From Vulcanimicrobiales bacterium (lineage in GTDB: Bacteria; Vulcanimicrobiota; Vulcanimicrobiia; Vulcanimicrobiales; Vulcanimicrobiaceae): a DNA stretch of 64,000 nucleotides. Location: contig JBBRLI010000007.1 of assembly GCA_038231455.1 (NCBI GenBank), positions 32,001 to 96,000 of the forward strand. The letters are read 5' to 3'. The notes beneath the pieces are model-generated. The model saw nothing but the letters and a program-made list of their open reading frames with translations, was not told the origin of the DNA and did not search any database. The position numbers were made by a program, and so were the translations under genes. How positions within the stretch are numbered: position 1 is the first letter of the stretch; the number at the start of each line of letters is the position of its first letter. Positions 39,986 to 50,105 of this stretch are shown here, piece by piece.

Positions 39986-41089
39986 TTACGGGAGTTTTTT
40001 TACGAGTTCGTCGAGCGCGACGAAGTTGCGTTCCGCGAGCGCCGTCATTGCTGGCATTTTCGCGCTGAGATGACCGGCGACCGATGCGCGCTGGGACCAC
40101 GCATGATCGACGGCCCGCTCGATCGCTATGGGATCGGGCGTGCTCTTCGATGCGGGCACCCAAAGTGGCGGAAGCGGATAGGCAAGGTCATCGCAGAGCG
40201 CGTCGATTTTTGGATCGTAGGGGACGGCAAGAAACGGAACGCCAAGGCGCGCTGCGATGATCAGCGCGTGAAGCCGCATGCCGATCACCAGTTGCGCCGA
40301 GCCGATCACTTGCGCTGCCTGCGCGAGCGGATAGTCCGGTAAGAGCACGGGCGAGGTTCGGCAGCGCCGGATTACGACGGTCGAGGCTTCGGCATCGGCG
40401 GCACCGCCGAGCGGCAAGAACGCAACGCGCGCACCGTAGCGTTCGCCGAGGTGGTCGACGGCATTCGCGATTGCCGTCGCCGTCGCATCGCCGCCGGTCC
40501 AGCGGCGGACGGACACGACGACCAGTGGCGCGTCGCTCGGCCCTAAACCCTCGGCCGCAAGATCCAGCGGCGCAGCCCCCGGCTCGAAGAGAAAGACCGG
40601 ATCGGCCGTCCGTTCGACCTTCGTCCCCGGCAAGAGCGGCCCGAGTAGCGCGCGAGAGCGTTCGTCTCGGACCGTGGCAAGCGAGGCGCCACGGCAGAAT
40701 TCACGCACCACCGACTTGCCCCAGAAGTCGAGCGGACCGATCGATTGCGCGAAGATCATCGTGGCTTTCTTCGCGCGAATCGCCGTGCGGATGACCCCGG
40801 CATAATACAGCAAGCTCTTGAGGCTGGTCACGTTCTGCAAGAGCCCGCCGCCGCCCGAGAGCACGACGTCGGCCTTTTCGATCGCGCGGCGCACCGCGCC
40901 CAGATCCATACGCGCGGTCGCCTCGACGGAATAGGTCCGCTCCGTCTCCTCGGGCGTCGCGCTCAAGACGTCGATCGTGCAGCCCGCAAAACGCGCGCGC
41001 AACTGCGTGATGATAATCGCGAGGAGCGCCTCATCGCCCAAGTTTCCGAAGCCGTAATAGCCGGAGAGAACGATCCGCGGTTCACGCAT
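39986..41089 (-). CDS. csaB: Polysaccharide pyruvyl transferase CsaB
   Basis: SGYYGFGNLGDEA, SGGGGLLQNVTS..SL.YY, AQSIGP, VRDERS, GMRLHALI, YDPK. Confidence 0.92.
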   Translation of the reverse strand: MREPRIVLSGYYGFGNLGDEALLAIIITQLRARFAGCTIDVLSATPEETERTYSVEATARMDLGAVRRAIEKADVVLSGGGGLLQNVTSLKSLLYYAGVIRTAIRAKKATMIFAQSIGPLDFWGKSVVREFCRGASLATVRDERSRALLGPLLPGTKVERTADPVFLFEPGAAPLDLAAEGLGPSDAPLVVVSVRRWTGGDATATAIANAVDHLGERYGARVAFLPLGGAADAEASTVVIRRCRTSPVLLPDYPLAQAAQVIGSAQLVIGMRLHALIIAARLGVPFLAVPYDPKIDALCDDLAYPLPPLWVPASKSTPDPIAIERAVDHAWSQRASVAGHLSAKMPAMTALAERNFVALDELVKKLP

Positions 41090-43076
41090 TCGAAGCGAAA
41101 CGTGCGCGCAGCGCGCGGTAGACCACGATGGCAAGCGCGCCGATGACGACGCCGAGGACCGCGCCGTTAACGATGCGCAAGAGCGAGACGTCGAGCGCCG
41201 TGTGCAAGTGCGAGAACGTGTCGACGCAGTCGGCGAGACCCACGCCGATGCCGAGCACCAGCAACCAGCCGAACCGTTTGCGATCGATCGGCAAGAGCGC
41301 AGGCAGGAGCATCAAGAACGGAAACCCGACGAGAAATTCTTTGAAGCGCGGCCGAACCGAGAGCACCGCGGTGAGATTGGAGCGGAGCGCAAGTTCGAAC
41401 GAACTCGGAGCGATGTCACTCTGATTGCCACTGCGCACGAGCACCACGTACGCGACGCCGAGCAGGGCGGCTCCCGCGATGAGTTGATAGATGCGGATCG
41501 GAGCGTTTGCCGCTTCGCGCGGGTCGTCTAGGCGCGCATTGAAAAGCGGCGTAAGCAAATACAGCGCAAGCGCAACGATCGGCGGCAGCAAGAGCACCAG
41601 TTTGACGCCGGTGAACCGGTCGATCTCCTCCATCAAAAGCGGTGTACTGAGGAGGCCGACAATAACGAGCGCGCCGCCGAGCGTGGTGGCAACGGCCAAT
41701 CCAAGGATTCGCAAACCCGCAAGCATCGCCGCGGGCGTCGACAGGGCCGACGCACGCGAGCGGAAGATCGGCGCCGTCAGACACACGCCGGCGACGGCAA
41801 ACGCGATTCCGCCGGCGAGTGCGAGCGCCTTACGCGCGAGCATGTCGTGATGGATCGCGAGCGTGCCGCCGTAGAAGACGAGGTCAAGCGCGATGAGGGC
41901 AATTGCGAAACGCGCGCTGCCGACGCCGAAGAGCGCGCAGATCACGAGCAGGATGCCGGGCACGGCAAGCGAGGCGAGTGCGACGATTGCGGGGTTGATG
42001 CGGAAGGGCGGAATCGGCGTCGCGCGGCCGAGCGTGAAGCCGCGCGTATTCAGGCCCTCGGCGATCTGCCGAACCATCTCGACGTTGGTCGCCTCGATCG
42101 AGCGATCGCCCCAGGCGTGCGCAAAGGGCCGCAGGTAGACGACGCGCACGTTGCGTTCGCGCGCCCCGAGCAAATAGCGCGCGATGACGTTCTCGGGCTT
42201 GAGTTTATCGAGTTCGAGTTTGGCGATCGCTTGGACGCGCGTTGTTTGACCGGGAATCTTCCGCGCGAGCTCGTCGTTGCCGTCCTGAACTTGCTTTGCA
42301 TCGTAGGTCTCGATCGTACCGAAGTTCAACCGCGTGCGTTTGAACGCATCGGCCGTGCCGTCGATGGCCTTGGGAAATCCGAGCACCGCATTGCGCAACC
42401 CGAAGAAGATCACCGTGCTCACTTTGCGTTTTCCAAGGAAGGCATCGAACGTCGCATCGATTTGCGCGGCGTTGAAGCGTTCGTCGTTCTGGACGCGCGG
42501 CACAAGGAAGAACCCGAGGTGCTTCGCCAGATCCATCGTCTCGATGGGAATTCCAAGACTGACGTTCGCGAAGAAATCGGACTGCGTGCGGATCGCGACC
42601 ACGTACGGTAGTTGCGTGCGCAGCACGCGCACCGCGCGCGGTTCAAAATCGATCGCGAGATGCGCCTTGAAACGCTGCCACGTCCCGGCATTGTAGACGA
42701 CCAGATACAGCTCGTCAGGCGAGAGATGATTGCCTTTGGCAAGCGCCGCAAGGAGCGGATCACCCAGCGGTGCGAGGCGCGCCTGATCGATCAGCGCTTG
42801 GCCCGGATAGACGACGGCATTCTGCGATGCGTTAATGCTTCCGCCGAGCTGTTCTTGCACCGCAAGCGACGTCAGACCGGCGCGACGTAGCGCAACCAGG
42901 AACGCGGTTTGATCGTAGTTATACGAACGCGCAAGCGATGTAAAGTCCGTAAAGTCCATCACGATCTCGACGCGATGCGAGGCACGTTCGTAATGGAGAC
43001 GGGCGACGGCGACGTAGGCGCAGGCCAGCAGTCCGATTGCAAGGACGATGAGCCCGTTGCGCATGCGCGGATTCAC
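41082..43076 (-). CDS. DUF5693-family membrane protein
   Basis: N-terminal TM, large extracytoplasmic domain (ERNVRVVYLRP), C-terminal TMs with F.GVK, VRPRFKEFLVGFP, DTFSHLHT; overlaps csaB. Confidence 0.8.
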   Translation of the reverse strand: MNPRMRNGLIVLAIGLLACAYVAVARLHYERASHRVEIVMDFTDFTSLARSYNYDQTAFLVALRRAGLTSLAVQEQLGGSINASQNAVVYPGQALIDQARLAPLGDPLLAALAKGNHLSPDELYLVVYNAGTWQRFKAHLAIDFEPRAVRVLRTQLPYVVAIRTQSDFFANVSLGIPIETMDLAKHLGFFLVPRVQNDERFNAAQIDATFDAFLGKRKVSTVIFFGLRNAVLGFPKAIDGTADAFKRTRLNFGTIETYDAKQVQDGNDELARKIPGQTTRVQAIAKLELDKLKPENVIARYLLGARERNVRVVYLRPFAHAWGDRSIEATNVEMVRQIAEGLNTRGFTLGRATPIPPFRINPAIVALASLAVPGILLVICALFGVGSARFAIALIALDLVFYGGTLAIHHDMLARKALALAGGIAFAVAGVCLTAPIFRSRASALSTPAAMLAGLRILGLAVATTLGGALVIVGLLSTPLLMEEIDRFTGVKLVLLLPPIVALALYLLTPLFNARLDDPREAANAPIRIYQLIAGAALLGVAYVVLVRSGNQSDIAPSSFELALRSNLTAVLSVRPRFKEFLVGFPFLMLLPALLPIDRKRFGWLLVLGIGVGLADCVDTFSHLHTALDVSLLRIVNGAVLGVVIGALAIVVYRALRARFASNA

Positions 43077-43924
43077 CGGTCGACGAACTCGCGAAGAAAC
43101 GACTGGAGACGCGCGGTCACGGCGTCCGGGCGATCGAGCTGCAGGTAATGTCCTCCGGGGATCACGTCGTACACAAATTCATCCGCCAGCCGCTCACGCA
43201 GCGAGGCCACGAGTTCGGGCGAACGTGGTTTCTTGATCGCCGCACTGCCGTAGAGCAAGAGGGTCGGCGAAGAGAGTTCGCGCGCGAACGGGCGCGTCGG
43301 AAACCCGACGACGCCTTCGAATGCCTCGAAGATCATGCGCGGATATTCAATCGGAATCTGCGTGCGCTGTTGTTGCCACGCTTCCTCCATATTTGCGCGA
43401 TCTTCAAAACTTTGTTCGAAGGTCCAACGTGCGATACTTCGCGCGATGCGGCCGTCGTGCGCGAACGACCGCGCGAGCGGTCCGAGCGCAAACCGCACGA
43501 GCGGTTTGAGCGGTCCGACGTCGTGCCCGGACTTGCCGTCTTCGGGATAGACGGGATCGATCAGCCCAAGACCGGCGACGCCGGCCGCGTTCTCTGCCGC
43601 GAGGGCGAGTGCGAGCAATCCGCCCATTGAATGACCGACGATTGCGACCGGCCGACGTTCCGATGCGATGACCGAGCCAAGCGCTTCGCGAGCATCGATG
43701 AAATAATCACCGAGTCCCGCATCATCAACGCGGGCGGCCGCACCGTGCCCGCGCCCCTCCCACACATAGACACGACGCGTTGCTGCGAGGGCCTCGCGCT
43801 GGGGCGCCCACGACCAAGCGCCGCCGCCGACACCGTGGAGAAAGAGCACCGGGGTGGCTTCGGTGGACGTACCGCCGTCGTGCAAGGCACCGCCGGAGGG
43901 AAGCTGCAGTTCGGCTTGACGCAC
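43073..43924 (-). CDS. Alpha/beta-fold hydrolase
   Basis: FLHGVGG, RGHG, GHSMGG nucleophile elbow, GGHYL. Confidence 0.88.
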   Translation of the reverse strand: MRQAELQLPSGGALHDGGTSTEATPVLFLHGVGGGAWSWAPQREALAATRRVYVWEGRGHGAAARVDDAGLGDYFIDAREALGSVIASERRPVAIVGHSMGGLLALALAAENAAGVAGLGLIDPVYPEDGKSGHDVGPLKPLVRFALGPLARSFAHDGRIARSIARWTFEQSFEDRANMEEAWQQQRTQIPIEYPRMIFEAFEGVVGFPTRPFARELSSPTLLLYGSAAIKKPRSPELVASLRERLADEFVYDVIPGGHYLQLDRPDAVTARLQSFLREFVDR

Positions 43925-43977
43925 GAGCGCGGGGTTCGTTAGACTGTACGGACTTCACTTCACCCCGGGAATATCGC

Positions 43978-45282
43978 TTGTCGCTCTCGCAACCGGCGCG
44001 CGCGGTCGGGATCGGCCTGCTGGGATGCGGGACGGTCGGCGGCGGCGTCGCGCAGCTGCTCATCGCCAACCCCTCAGCAATTACGCGTGTCGCGGGCGCA
44101 GAATTCGTTTTGCGCCGCGTCGCCGTGCGCGATCTGCACAAGCCACGCAATGTCACACTACCGCTTGACTTGCTTACGGGCGATCCCAATTCGGTCGTGG
44201 ACGATCCCGAGATCGACCTGATCATCGAATGTATCGGTGGCGTCGGCATCGCGGGCACACTTGTCGAACGCGCACTCGAACACGGCAAGCACGTCGTGAC
44301 CGCCAATAAAGATCTCCTCGCGACCGAAGGCCCGCGCCTCGCGGCGCTCGCTGCGGCTCGCGGCGTCACGCTTCAGTATGAAGCAGCGGTGGGCGGCGCC
44401 ATTCCGATCGTGCGTGCGCTGACCGATTCGCTCGCGGGCGAAGACGTACTCGAAGTCGGCGGTGTGCTCAACGGCACGACCAACTTCATCTTGAGCGCGA
44501 TGGGTGGCGGCGCCACGTACGCGGGAGCGCTCGCGGAGGCCCAGCGCCTCGGATTTGCTGAGGCCGATCCGACAAGCGACGTCGAGGGCATCGATGCTGC
44601 GCACAAACTTGCAATCCTCGCGCAGCTCTCGTTCAAACACGCTGTCACCTCCGATCGCATTACGCGACGTGGGATTACCGGCGTCTCGCGCGATGACGTC
44701 GTCCTCGCCTCACGGCTCGGCATGCGGGTGAAACTCATCGCCTGTGCGCGCCGCAGCGGCACGATCAGCGCGTCGGTCACGCCGGCATACGTTCCGATCG
44801 GTCATCCATTTGCCGAGCCGACGGGGGCTCACAACTGCATTCGCGTGATCGGCACGTCCTCCGGTTCGCTCACCTTTGCGGGAAGCGGCGCGGGGCGCGA
44901 ACCCACCGCCTCCGCCGTCATCGGCGATGTCATCGCCGCGCTGCGGCGGCTTGCCGGCGGTATTCACGACGCGGTCAAACTCGCACCGATCGACGATGCA
45001 ATGCTGCCGCCAATCGTGCTCCCACGCATCGTACGACTCGCGTCGCTGCGCGACGTGCGCCCGGCAGTAACGGCGCTCGCGCATGCCGGGATTTCTGCGC
45101 GCGCCGCAGCGGACGTACCCGCCGTCATTACTGCTGCGCTCGCACTCGATCGCGATCCCGATCTTCACAGCGCGCTTGCGACAGACGGCTTACGCGCGGC
45201 AAGCATGCATCCGCTTTGGGAAGATGATACGCACGACGCGCCGGGCGAACGTGCCGAGCAGACCGACGCCGTTGCCGTCTAG
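43978..45282 (+). CDS. hom: Homoserine dehydrogenase
   Basis: GLLGCGTVGGG, VVTANK, YEAAVGGAIP, LNGTTNFIL, AEADP..DVEGIDAAHKL, GAGREPTASAV. Confidence 0.95.
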   Translation: MSLSQPARAVGIGLLGCGTVGGGVAQLLIANPSAITRVAGAEFVLRRVAVRDLHKPRNVTLPLDLLTGDPNSVVDDPEIDLIIECIGGVGIAGTLVERALEHGKHVVTANKDLLATEGPRLAALAAARGVTLQYEAAVGGAIPIVRALTDSLAGEDVLEVGGVLNGTTNFILSAMGGGATYAGALAEAQRLGFAEADPTSDVEGIDAAHKLAILAQLSFKHAVTSDRITRRGITGVSRDDVVLASRLGMRVKLIACARRSGTISASVTPAYVPIGHPFAEPTGAHNCIRVIGTSSGSLTFAGSGAGREPTASAVIGDVIAALRRLAGGIHDAVKLAPIDDAMLPPIVLPRIVRLASLRDVRPAVTALAHAGISARAAADVPAVITAALALDRDPDLHSALATDGLRAASMHPLWEDDTHDAPGERAEQTDAVAV

Positions 45283-46336
45283 TCTAGCACCGGTTTTCGA
45301 GGGCGACGTGCGCATCGGCGCACTCACCCTCGCAAACGGCGCGTGCCTCGATGAGGTGGTGCAGCGCGTCACGCGCTACGGCGCAGAACCGCTCGCTGAT
45401 GGGAGCAACGTCGTTCTCGTGCTGCACGCGCTCACGGGTTCGAGCCGCGTCGTCGAGTGGTGGAGCGGCCTGGTCGATTCACTTGTCGATCTCGAGCGCG
45501 CGTGTTTGATTGGGATCAACGTGCTCGGCGGGTGCTACGGCTCCACCGGACCTGCCTCACTTGCGCCCGACGGCAAACGCTACGCCACGCGCTTTCCGAT
45601 CGTGACCGTCGCTGATATGGTCGACGCACAAGCGCTCGCGCTCACGGCGATTGGAATCGATCGTGCCGCGCTCATCATCGGGGGTTCGCTCGGCGGCATG
45701 CAGGCGCTCCAGTGGTCCGTGCGTTACGGCGCGCGTGTCGGCGAAGCGGTCGTCGTCGGCGCGCACGATGCGTTTTCAGCGCTCGGCATCGGTCTGAATT
45801 TTTGTGCGCGCACGGCGATCATGAACGACGCAAACTTTAATGGCGGCGCGTATGCCGAGTCGGCGCCGCTCGATGGCATGAAACTCGCGCGTATGATCGC
45901 AATGCTTTCGTACAAGAGCGACGTTCTGCTCGAGGATCGGTTTGCGAACCGGCCCAACCGCAGCGGCGGCGATCCGACGCGGTTTAGCGCAGACCGATTC
46001 GATGTCGAAGGCTATCTTGCGTATCAAGCCGATCTCTTCGCGCATCGCATGGACGCCAACGCCTATCTTGCGCTGACGCGCGCGATGGATCTTTTCGACG
46101 TGCGCGCAACCCCGATCGTGCATCCGGCACGGACGACGTTTGTCGGGATCGAAAACGATTGGCTCTTTCCGCCCACGTACGTTCGCGCTGCTGCCGATCG
46201 TCTGCGTGCGCGCGGCGTCGACGCGACCTATCTCGAACTTCCAAGCGACCACGGTCATGACGCGTTCCTTGCGGAAACGCAGGCGCTCGCCGCTCTGCTC
46301 GAACCGCATCTCGGTGCGGCACTAACCCGCCACTAG
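45251..46336 (+). CDS. metX: Homoserine O-acyltransferase MetX (start GTG45251 or ATG45224)
   Basis: HALTG, NVLGGCYGSTGP, GGSLGGMQA, ARMIAMLSY, DWLFPP, HGHDAFL. Confidence 0.93.
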   Translation: MPSRPTPLPSSLAPVFEGDVRIGALTLANGACLDEVVQRVTRYGAEPLADGSNVVLVLHALTGSSRVVEWWSGLVDSLVDLERACLIGINVLGGCYGSTGPASLAPDGKRYATRFPIVTVADMVDAQALALTAIGIDRAALIIGGSLGGMQALQWSVRYGARVGEAVVVGAHDAFSALGIGLNFCARTAIMNDANFNGGAYAESAPLDGMKLARMIAMLSYKSDVLLEDRFANRPNRSGGDPTRFSADRFDVEGYLAYQADLFAHRMDANAYLALTRAMDLFDVRATPIVHPARTTFVGIENDWLFPPTYVRAAADRLRARGVDATYLELPSDHGHDAFLAETQALAALLEPHLGAALTRH

Positions 46337-46460
46337 AAACAGGAAAGCCCGCCGGGGGGCGGGCCTTGCACTGTCGTCGCGTAGCAGGTTGCCCCGCTAC
46401 CGGGTGTGGGCGACGTTCAAAATATGCGAAACGTTCGCATAGCCCACACCGCTTGCGCTT
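46337..46460 (-). ncRNA. Candidate structured small RNA of unknown family
   Basis: Promoter at 46467-46495; nested stems ggtgtgggc/gcccacacc and tatgcgaa/ttcgcata; GCAA-tetraloop hairpin 46381-46400; terminator 46344-46367; no coding ORF. Confidence 0.6.
46344..46367. terminator. Probable bidirectional intrinsic terminator (metX and sRNA)
   Basis: aaagcccgcc-gggg-ggcgggcctt; minus strand continues tttcctgtttc. Confidence 0.7.
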
Positions 46461-46466
46461 TAGGCA

Positions 46467-46495
46467 AGTATAGCGGCTTCGTAGCAGCTTTCCAA
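46467..46495 (-). promoter_or_regulatory. Sigma-70-type promoter TTGGAA-N17-TATACT
   Basis: Near-consensus hexamers with 17-nt spacer, AT-rich upstream region. Confidence 0.65.
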
Positions 46496-46510
46496 CCCTC
46501 AATAGTAAAT

Positions 46511-46536
46511 TTAACGTCAGGAATTTCTGAACTTAA
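46511..46536. promoter_or_regulatory. Palindromic operator candidate
   Basis: ttaacgtcaggaatttctgaacttaa, 20 of 26 positions self-complementary. Confidence 0.5.
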
Positions 46537-46626
46537 CAACGATTCTCGGGAGCACGTCAAAATGGTAAGCCCATTCCCGCACGCCAATACGATTTACGAA
46601 GCGATCCAATTGCGCTTCGCAGAATC

Positions 46627-47406
46627 TTACGGTTCCCACTGCGGTGTGCGCTTTTCGACGAATGCATGCATGCCTTCTTGCGCGTCGTTAGCAAGCGCAT
46701 TCATACTCATCACTTCTTTTGCGTATGCGTACGCTTTGGGTTGGTCGAGGTCGACTTGCGCGTAAAATGCCGCTTTTCCGAGACCGACGACGAAGCGGCT
46801 CGCATGGGCGACGCTGGCAGCAAGCGCACGCGTCTCGGCTTCGAGAGCCTCCGGAGCGACGACGCGATTGATGAGTCCCCAGGCAGTTGCGGTTTGCGCA
46901 TCGATAAAGGCGCCGGTGAGGAGCATCTCCATCGCGCGCTTCCGTCCGATCGCGCGCGTGAGTGCCACCATCGGCGTCGTACAGAAGAGCCCGATTTTCA
47001 CTCCGGGGGTCGCGAACTTTGCGTCGCTCGAAGCAACGGCAAGATCGCACGTCGCAACGAGTTGACAACCGGCCGCCGTCGCAATGCCGGCGACCTCGGC
47101 GATCACCGGCTGCGGGATGCGTTGGATCGTCTCCATGAGCCGCACGCACACATCGAAGGTCTCGCGGTACTCCTCGACCGACCGAGCGAGCATCTCCCGA
47201 AGGTCGTGACCGGCCGAAAACGCGGGCCCAAGCCCGCTCAGAATGACAACACGCTGCGCTCGATCGCGCTCGATCTCGTTGAATGCCTCAATGAGTTCGA
47301 GCATGACGCCGAGTGAGAGCGCGTTGCGCTTTTCCGCCCGGTTCATGGTGACGCGCGTGACGCCATCCTGGGTATCGACGAGAAGGTAACGATCGGCGTT
47401 GATCAT
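46627..47406 (-). CDS. Enoyl-CoA hydratase/isomerase family protein
   Basis: KRNALS, AFSAGHDL, ATAAGCQLVATCDL, FATPGVKIGLFCTTP, EGMHAFVEKR. Confidence 0.92.
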   Translation of the reverse strand: MINADRYLLVDTQDGVTRVTMNRAEKRNALSLGVMLELIEAFNEIERDRAQRVVILSGLGPAFSAGHDLREMLARSVEEYRETFDVCVRLMETIQRIPQPVIAEVAGIATAAGCQLVATCDLAVASSDAKFATPGVKIGLFCTTPMVALTRAIGRKRAMEMLLTGAFIDAQTATAWGLINRVVAPEALEAETRALAASVAHASRFVVGLGKAAFYAQVDLDQPKAYAYAKEVMSMNALANDAQEGMHAFVEKRTPQWEP

Positions 47407-47467
47407 CGAGATTAATTCTTTGAAGAAGAGGACGTCCCTCGGCGGTTCTCCGGCGTCACCGTAGTAC

Positions 47468-48346
47468 ATGAACGTTTCTATGACAACCAAGGATCGCGGC
47501 GTAAGCCGCGCCGGCCGGATTACCGGCATCGGCTTACTCGTCTTGCATCTGGGAGCGCTTGCCGCATTTCTTCCGCAGATGTTCTCCTGGACAGCAGTCG
47601 GCGTCGGCTTTTTGTTTTACTATCTGACGATCGCGCTTGGCGTCGGGCTTGGCTATCATCGCCTGCTGACGCATCGCTCGCTGCGCACGTCGAAGCCGAT
47701 CGAATACGGGCTCGCGATCCTCGGAGCGCTCGCGCTGCAGGGCGGCCCGATCGACTGGATCGGAACGCACCGCGCGCATCACGCGCATACCGACGCCGAC
47801 GGCGATCCGCACGACGCGAATCGCGGTATGTTTTGGAGTCACATCGCGTGGCTCTATCGCTATAATACGGCAAAACCCGTCGGCCAAAATCTGCGCCGCC
47901 TCGCACCGGATCTCGCTAGCGTGCCGTTCTACGAATTTCTCGAGAAGACGTACGTCTGGTGGACCGTGGCCCTGGGACTCGTGTTCTTTGCGATCGGGGG
48001 TTTGCCGTGGGTCGTGTGGGGCATCTTCGTGCGCATCGTCGTGACGTACCACATCACGTGGCTCGTCAATAGCGCCGCACACGAGGTCGGCTATCAAAGC
48101 TACAAAACCGGTGACAAATCAACCAACAATTGGTGGGTTGCGCTGCTGACCTGGGGCGAAGGCTGGCACAACAACCACCACGCGTTCCCGTCCTCGGCAC
48201 GACACGGTTTACGGTGGTATGAGATTGACGGCACCTGGATCACGATCAAACTGATGAAGGCGCTCAAACTCGCGCACGACATCAAGCTCCCGACGCCCGG
48301 GATGATCGCACGCATGTCGCTCGAGCCGCGCGCTGCGACGAAATAA
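47468..48346 (+). CDS. Delta-9-type acyl-CoA/acyl-lipid fatty acid desaturase
   Basis: His boxes GYHRLLTH, HRAHHAH, GEGWHNNHH; TWLVNSAAH. Confidence 0.93.
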   Translation: MNVSMTTKDRGVSRAGRITGIGLLVLHLGALAAFLPQMFSWTAVGVGFLFYYLTIALGVGLGYHRLLTHRSLRTSKPIEYGLAILGALALQGGPIDWIGTHRAHHAHTDADGDPHDANRGMFWSHIAWLYRYNTAKPVGQNLRRLAPDLASVPFYEFLEKTYVWWTVALGLVFFAIGGLPWVVWGIFVRIVVTYHITWLVNSAAHEVGYQSYKTGDKSTNNWWVALLTWGEGWHNNHHAFPSSARHGLRWYEIDGTWITIKLMKALKLAHDIKLPTPGMIARMSLEPRAATK

Positions 48347-48350
48347 AATT

Positions 48351-48422
48351 TGGGCGATGACGGATTCGAACCGCCGACCAACTCGGTGTAAACGAGCTGC
48401 TCTCCCGCTGAGCTAATCGCCC
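48351..48422 (-). tRNA. tRNA-Val(TAC), CCA not encoded
   Basis: GGGCGATTAGCTCAGCGGGAGAGCA-GCTCG-TTTACAC-CGAGT-TGGTC-GGCGGTTCGAATCCGTC-ATCGCCC-A cloverleaf. Confidence 0.95.
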
Positions 48423-48477
48423 CTAAGCCCCAGTGCATTCGCCGGGTCGCCGAGCGGCCCTATCTGATGACGGGCGC

Positions 48478-49371
48478 CTAGGGCGAGGGCGCGGGCAGCG
48501 GGGTCGGTTGATCGACCGGCGTCGTCCGTCCAAAATTGCCGAGGTAGAGCGACGTCTTGTGCTTGGCTTGCATCTCGATGAAGCGGAAGCTGACGTTAAG
48601 CAACGTGACTTTTTTGGAAACGACGATCGGCACATCGGCGCGCTCGGAGTCGATATACCAACCGCCATCGTACTGCGCGAACGTCAACGTCCACGGAACC
48701 GTACTTGCCGGCCCACCGGCGATCGCTCCAAGAACGCTCGCCTTGACGACGGTGTAGCGAGCGGTGTCGACCCATAAATCGCGTAAACGCAAGTGCTCGA
48801 CATCGTGCAGCGGAGCGAGTGTTAAATGGTACACCTGGTGCGCGGCAATCGTCTCGGTACCGACGTAATGGACATCGTAGTCTTTCACGACCGACCGAAC
48901 GCGGCCGATCTCACGTAACGTCGATGGCGCTTCCGTTTGCGAAGGCAGTGCCGCCATAGCTGGATTCTTCAACGCGATCGGCGCGAGCCCGTACGTCTCG
49001 TTCGGAGCGATCTGCAAGCCCAAGAACGGTTCGGGATCGCCGCGATCGTGTGCGCCGATCGGCAACCCCATAAAGTTAAACCCGAAACCCTTGGGTAAGA
49101 ACGGGTTCGCAAGTTCTTCGCGTGAAAACTTCTTGAGTTTGAGATCGGTTCCGCCATCGAGCGTCCCGTCGTAGGTCTTCGTGTACGCGTGATCCTTGAT
49201 CGTAAATTGCTGGCGGAACGCGAACGTCAGCTCGGGCGGATAGGAATAAAATCGGAAGAGCGTACGCGCGTGCGCGAAAATCAAATCGGCGTCGGGCGCC
49301 TCTTGCGCCAGCGCCGGCGTCACACCGGCGATCATGATTGCGGCGAAAGCCGCGAGAACACGAGCGATCAT
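48478..49371 (-). CDS. Secreted hypothetical protein
   Basis: ATG49371 overlaps permease stop; signal peptide (ALA-Q); beta-rich with YVGTETI...YHLTLAP...LRDLWVD pattern reminiscent of LolA-like/outer-membrane sorting folds. Confidence 0.7.
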   Translation of the reverse strand: MIARVLAAFAAIMIAGVTPALAQEAPDADLIFAHARTLFRFYSYPPELTFAFRQQFTIKDHAYTKTYDGTLDGGTDLKLKKFSREELANPFLPKGFGFNFMGLPIGAHDRGDPEPFLGLQIAPNETYGLAPIALKNPAMAALPSQTEAPSTLREIGRVRSVVKDYDVHYVGTETIAAHQVYHLTLAPLHDVEHLRLRDLWVDTARYTVVKASVLGAIAGGPASTVPWTLTFAQYDGGWYIDSERADVPIVVSKKVTLLNVSFRFIEMQAKHKTSLYLGNFGRTTPVDQPTPLPAPSP

Positions 49372-50105
49372 TCGAGCCTCATTGCACTGACTTGGCGCGT
49401 CGCAATCCATAAGAGGATGGCCATCGCGGCGAAAATGGAGAGCAGCGCCAAACCGCCAAGGGCGATCAATCCGCCCGCGCCCATGTCGGCGAACCGCGAG
49501 AAGAACGGCGCAATGACTTGGATGTTTTTTCCGATCAGTTGCGTGCCGCCGATCGCTAGCACGACAAAGGTGATATTGAGCGCGAATACGGCCGCCTTCA
49601 CCGTTGGTGCACGTAAGGCGATGATGATCTCGATCGCGCCAAGCAATCCGCCGAGCGTCAGAGCGATCGCCATGACGAGGGCTAGCTGTCCGAATGCGAT
49701 CGTCGAGGATCCCATTACACGCGAGACAATCGACGCCGTAATCGTCGTCGCGAGCATGATGCTCGCGGCGTACGCAAGACCGGCAAACCACTTTCCAAGC
49801 ACGATCTCGCTACTCCGTAGCGGCGTGACGAGGAGGGTCTCAAACGTCCCGCGTTCTTTTTCGCCGGCGAACGCATCAGCCATCGCATAAATCAAAAGAA
49901 AGATCGGCAGGGCTGCCCCGATCAATGGCCCGACGGGAGGGAGGCCGCCGCCGCGCTTTGCGCCCGAACTTCCCACATACGCGAAAAACAGCGGAAAGAC
50001 AATTCCGAAGAGCGCGATGTAGATGAGAAATTCGTACTGTCCGTAGCGGCCGGTTGCGCCGCCCGAAAACCACTCGCGCAAGTCTTTGCGCATGATTGCG
50101 ATCAT
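49368..50105 (-). CDS. ABC-2-type transporter permease
   Basis: [31 protein letters not shown]; about six TMs. Confidence 0.9.
   Translation of the reverse strand: MIAIMRKDLREWFSGGATGRYGQYEFLIYIALFGIVFPLFFAYVGSSGAKRGGGLPPVGPLIGAALPIFLLIYAMADAFAGEKERGTFETLLVTPLRSSEIVLGKWFAGLAYAASIMLATTITASIVSRVMGSSTIAFGQLALVMAIALTLGGLLGAIEIIIALRAPTVKAAVFALNITFVVLAIGGTQLIGKNIQVIAPFFSRFADMGAGGLIALGGLALLSIFAAMAILLWIATRQVSAMRLE

Noticed and set aside
43925-43977. SAM riboswitch upstream of hom-metX
   Set aside because: Only ~53 bp of divergent spacer; no S-box core seen
46406-46765. 119-aa plus-strand ORF across the candidate sRNA region
   Set aside because: No RBS or motifs, overlaps the hydratase antisense, and the region is better explained by RNA structure and promoter elements
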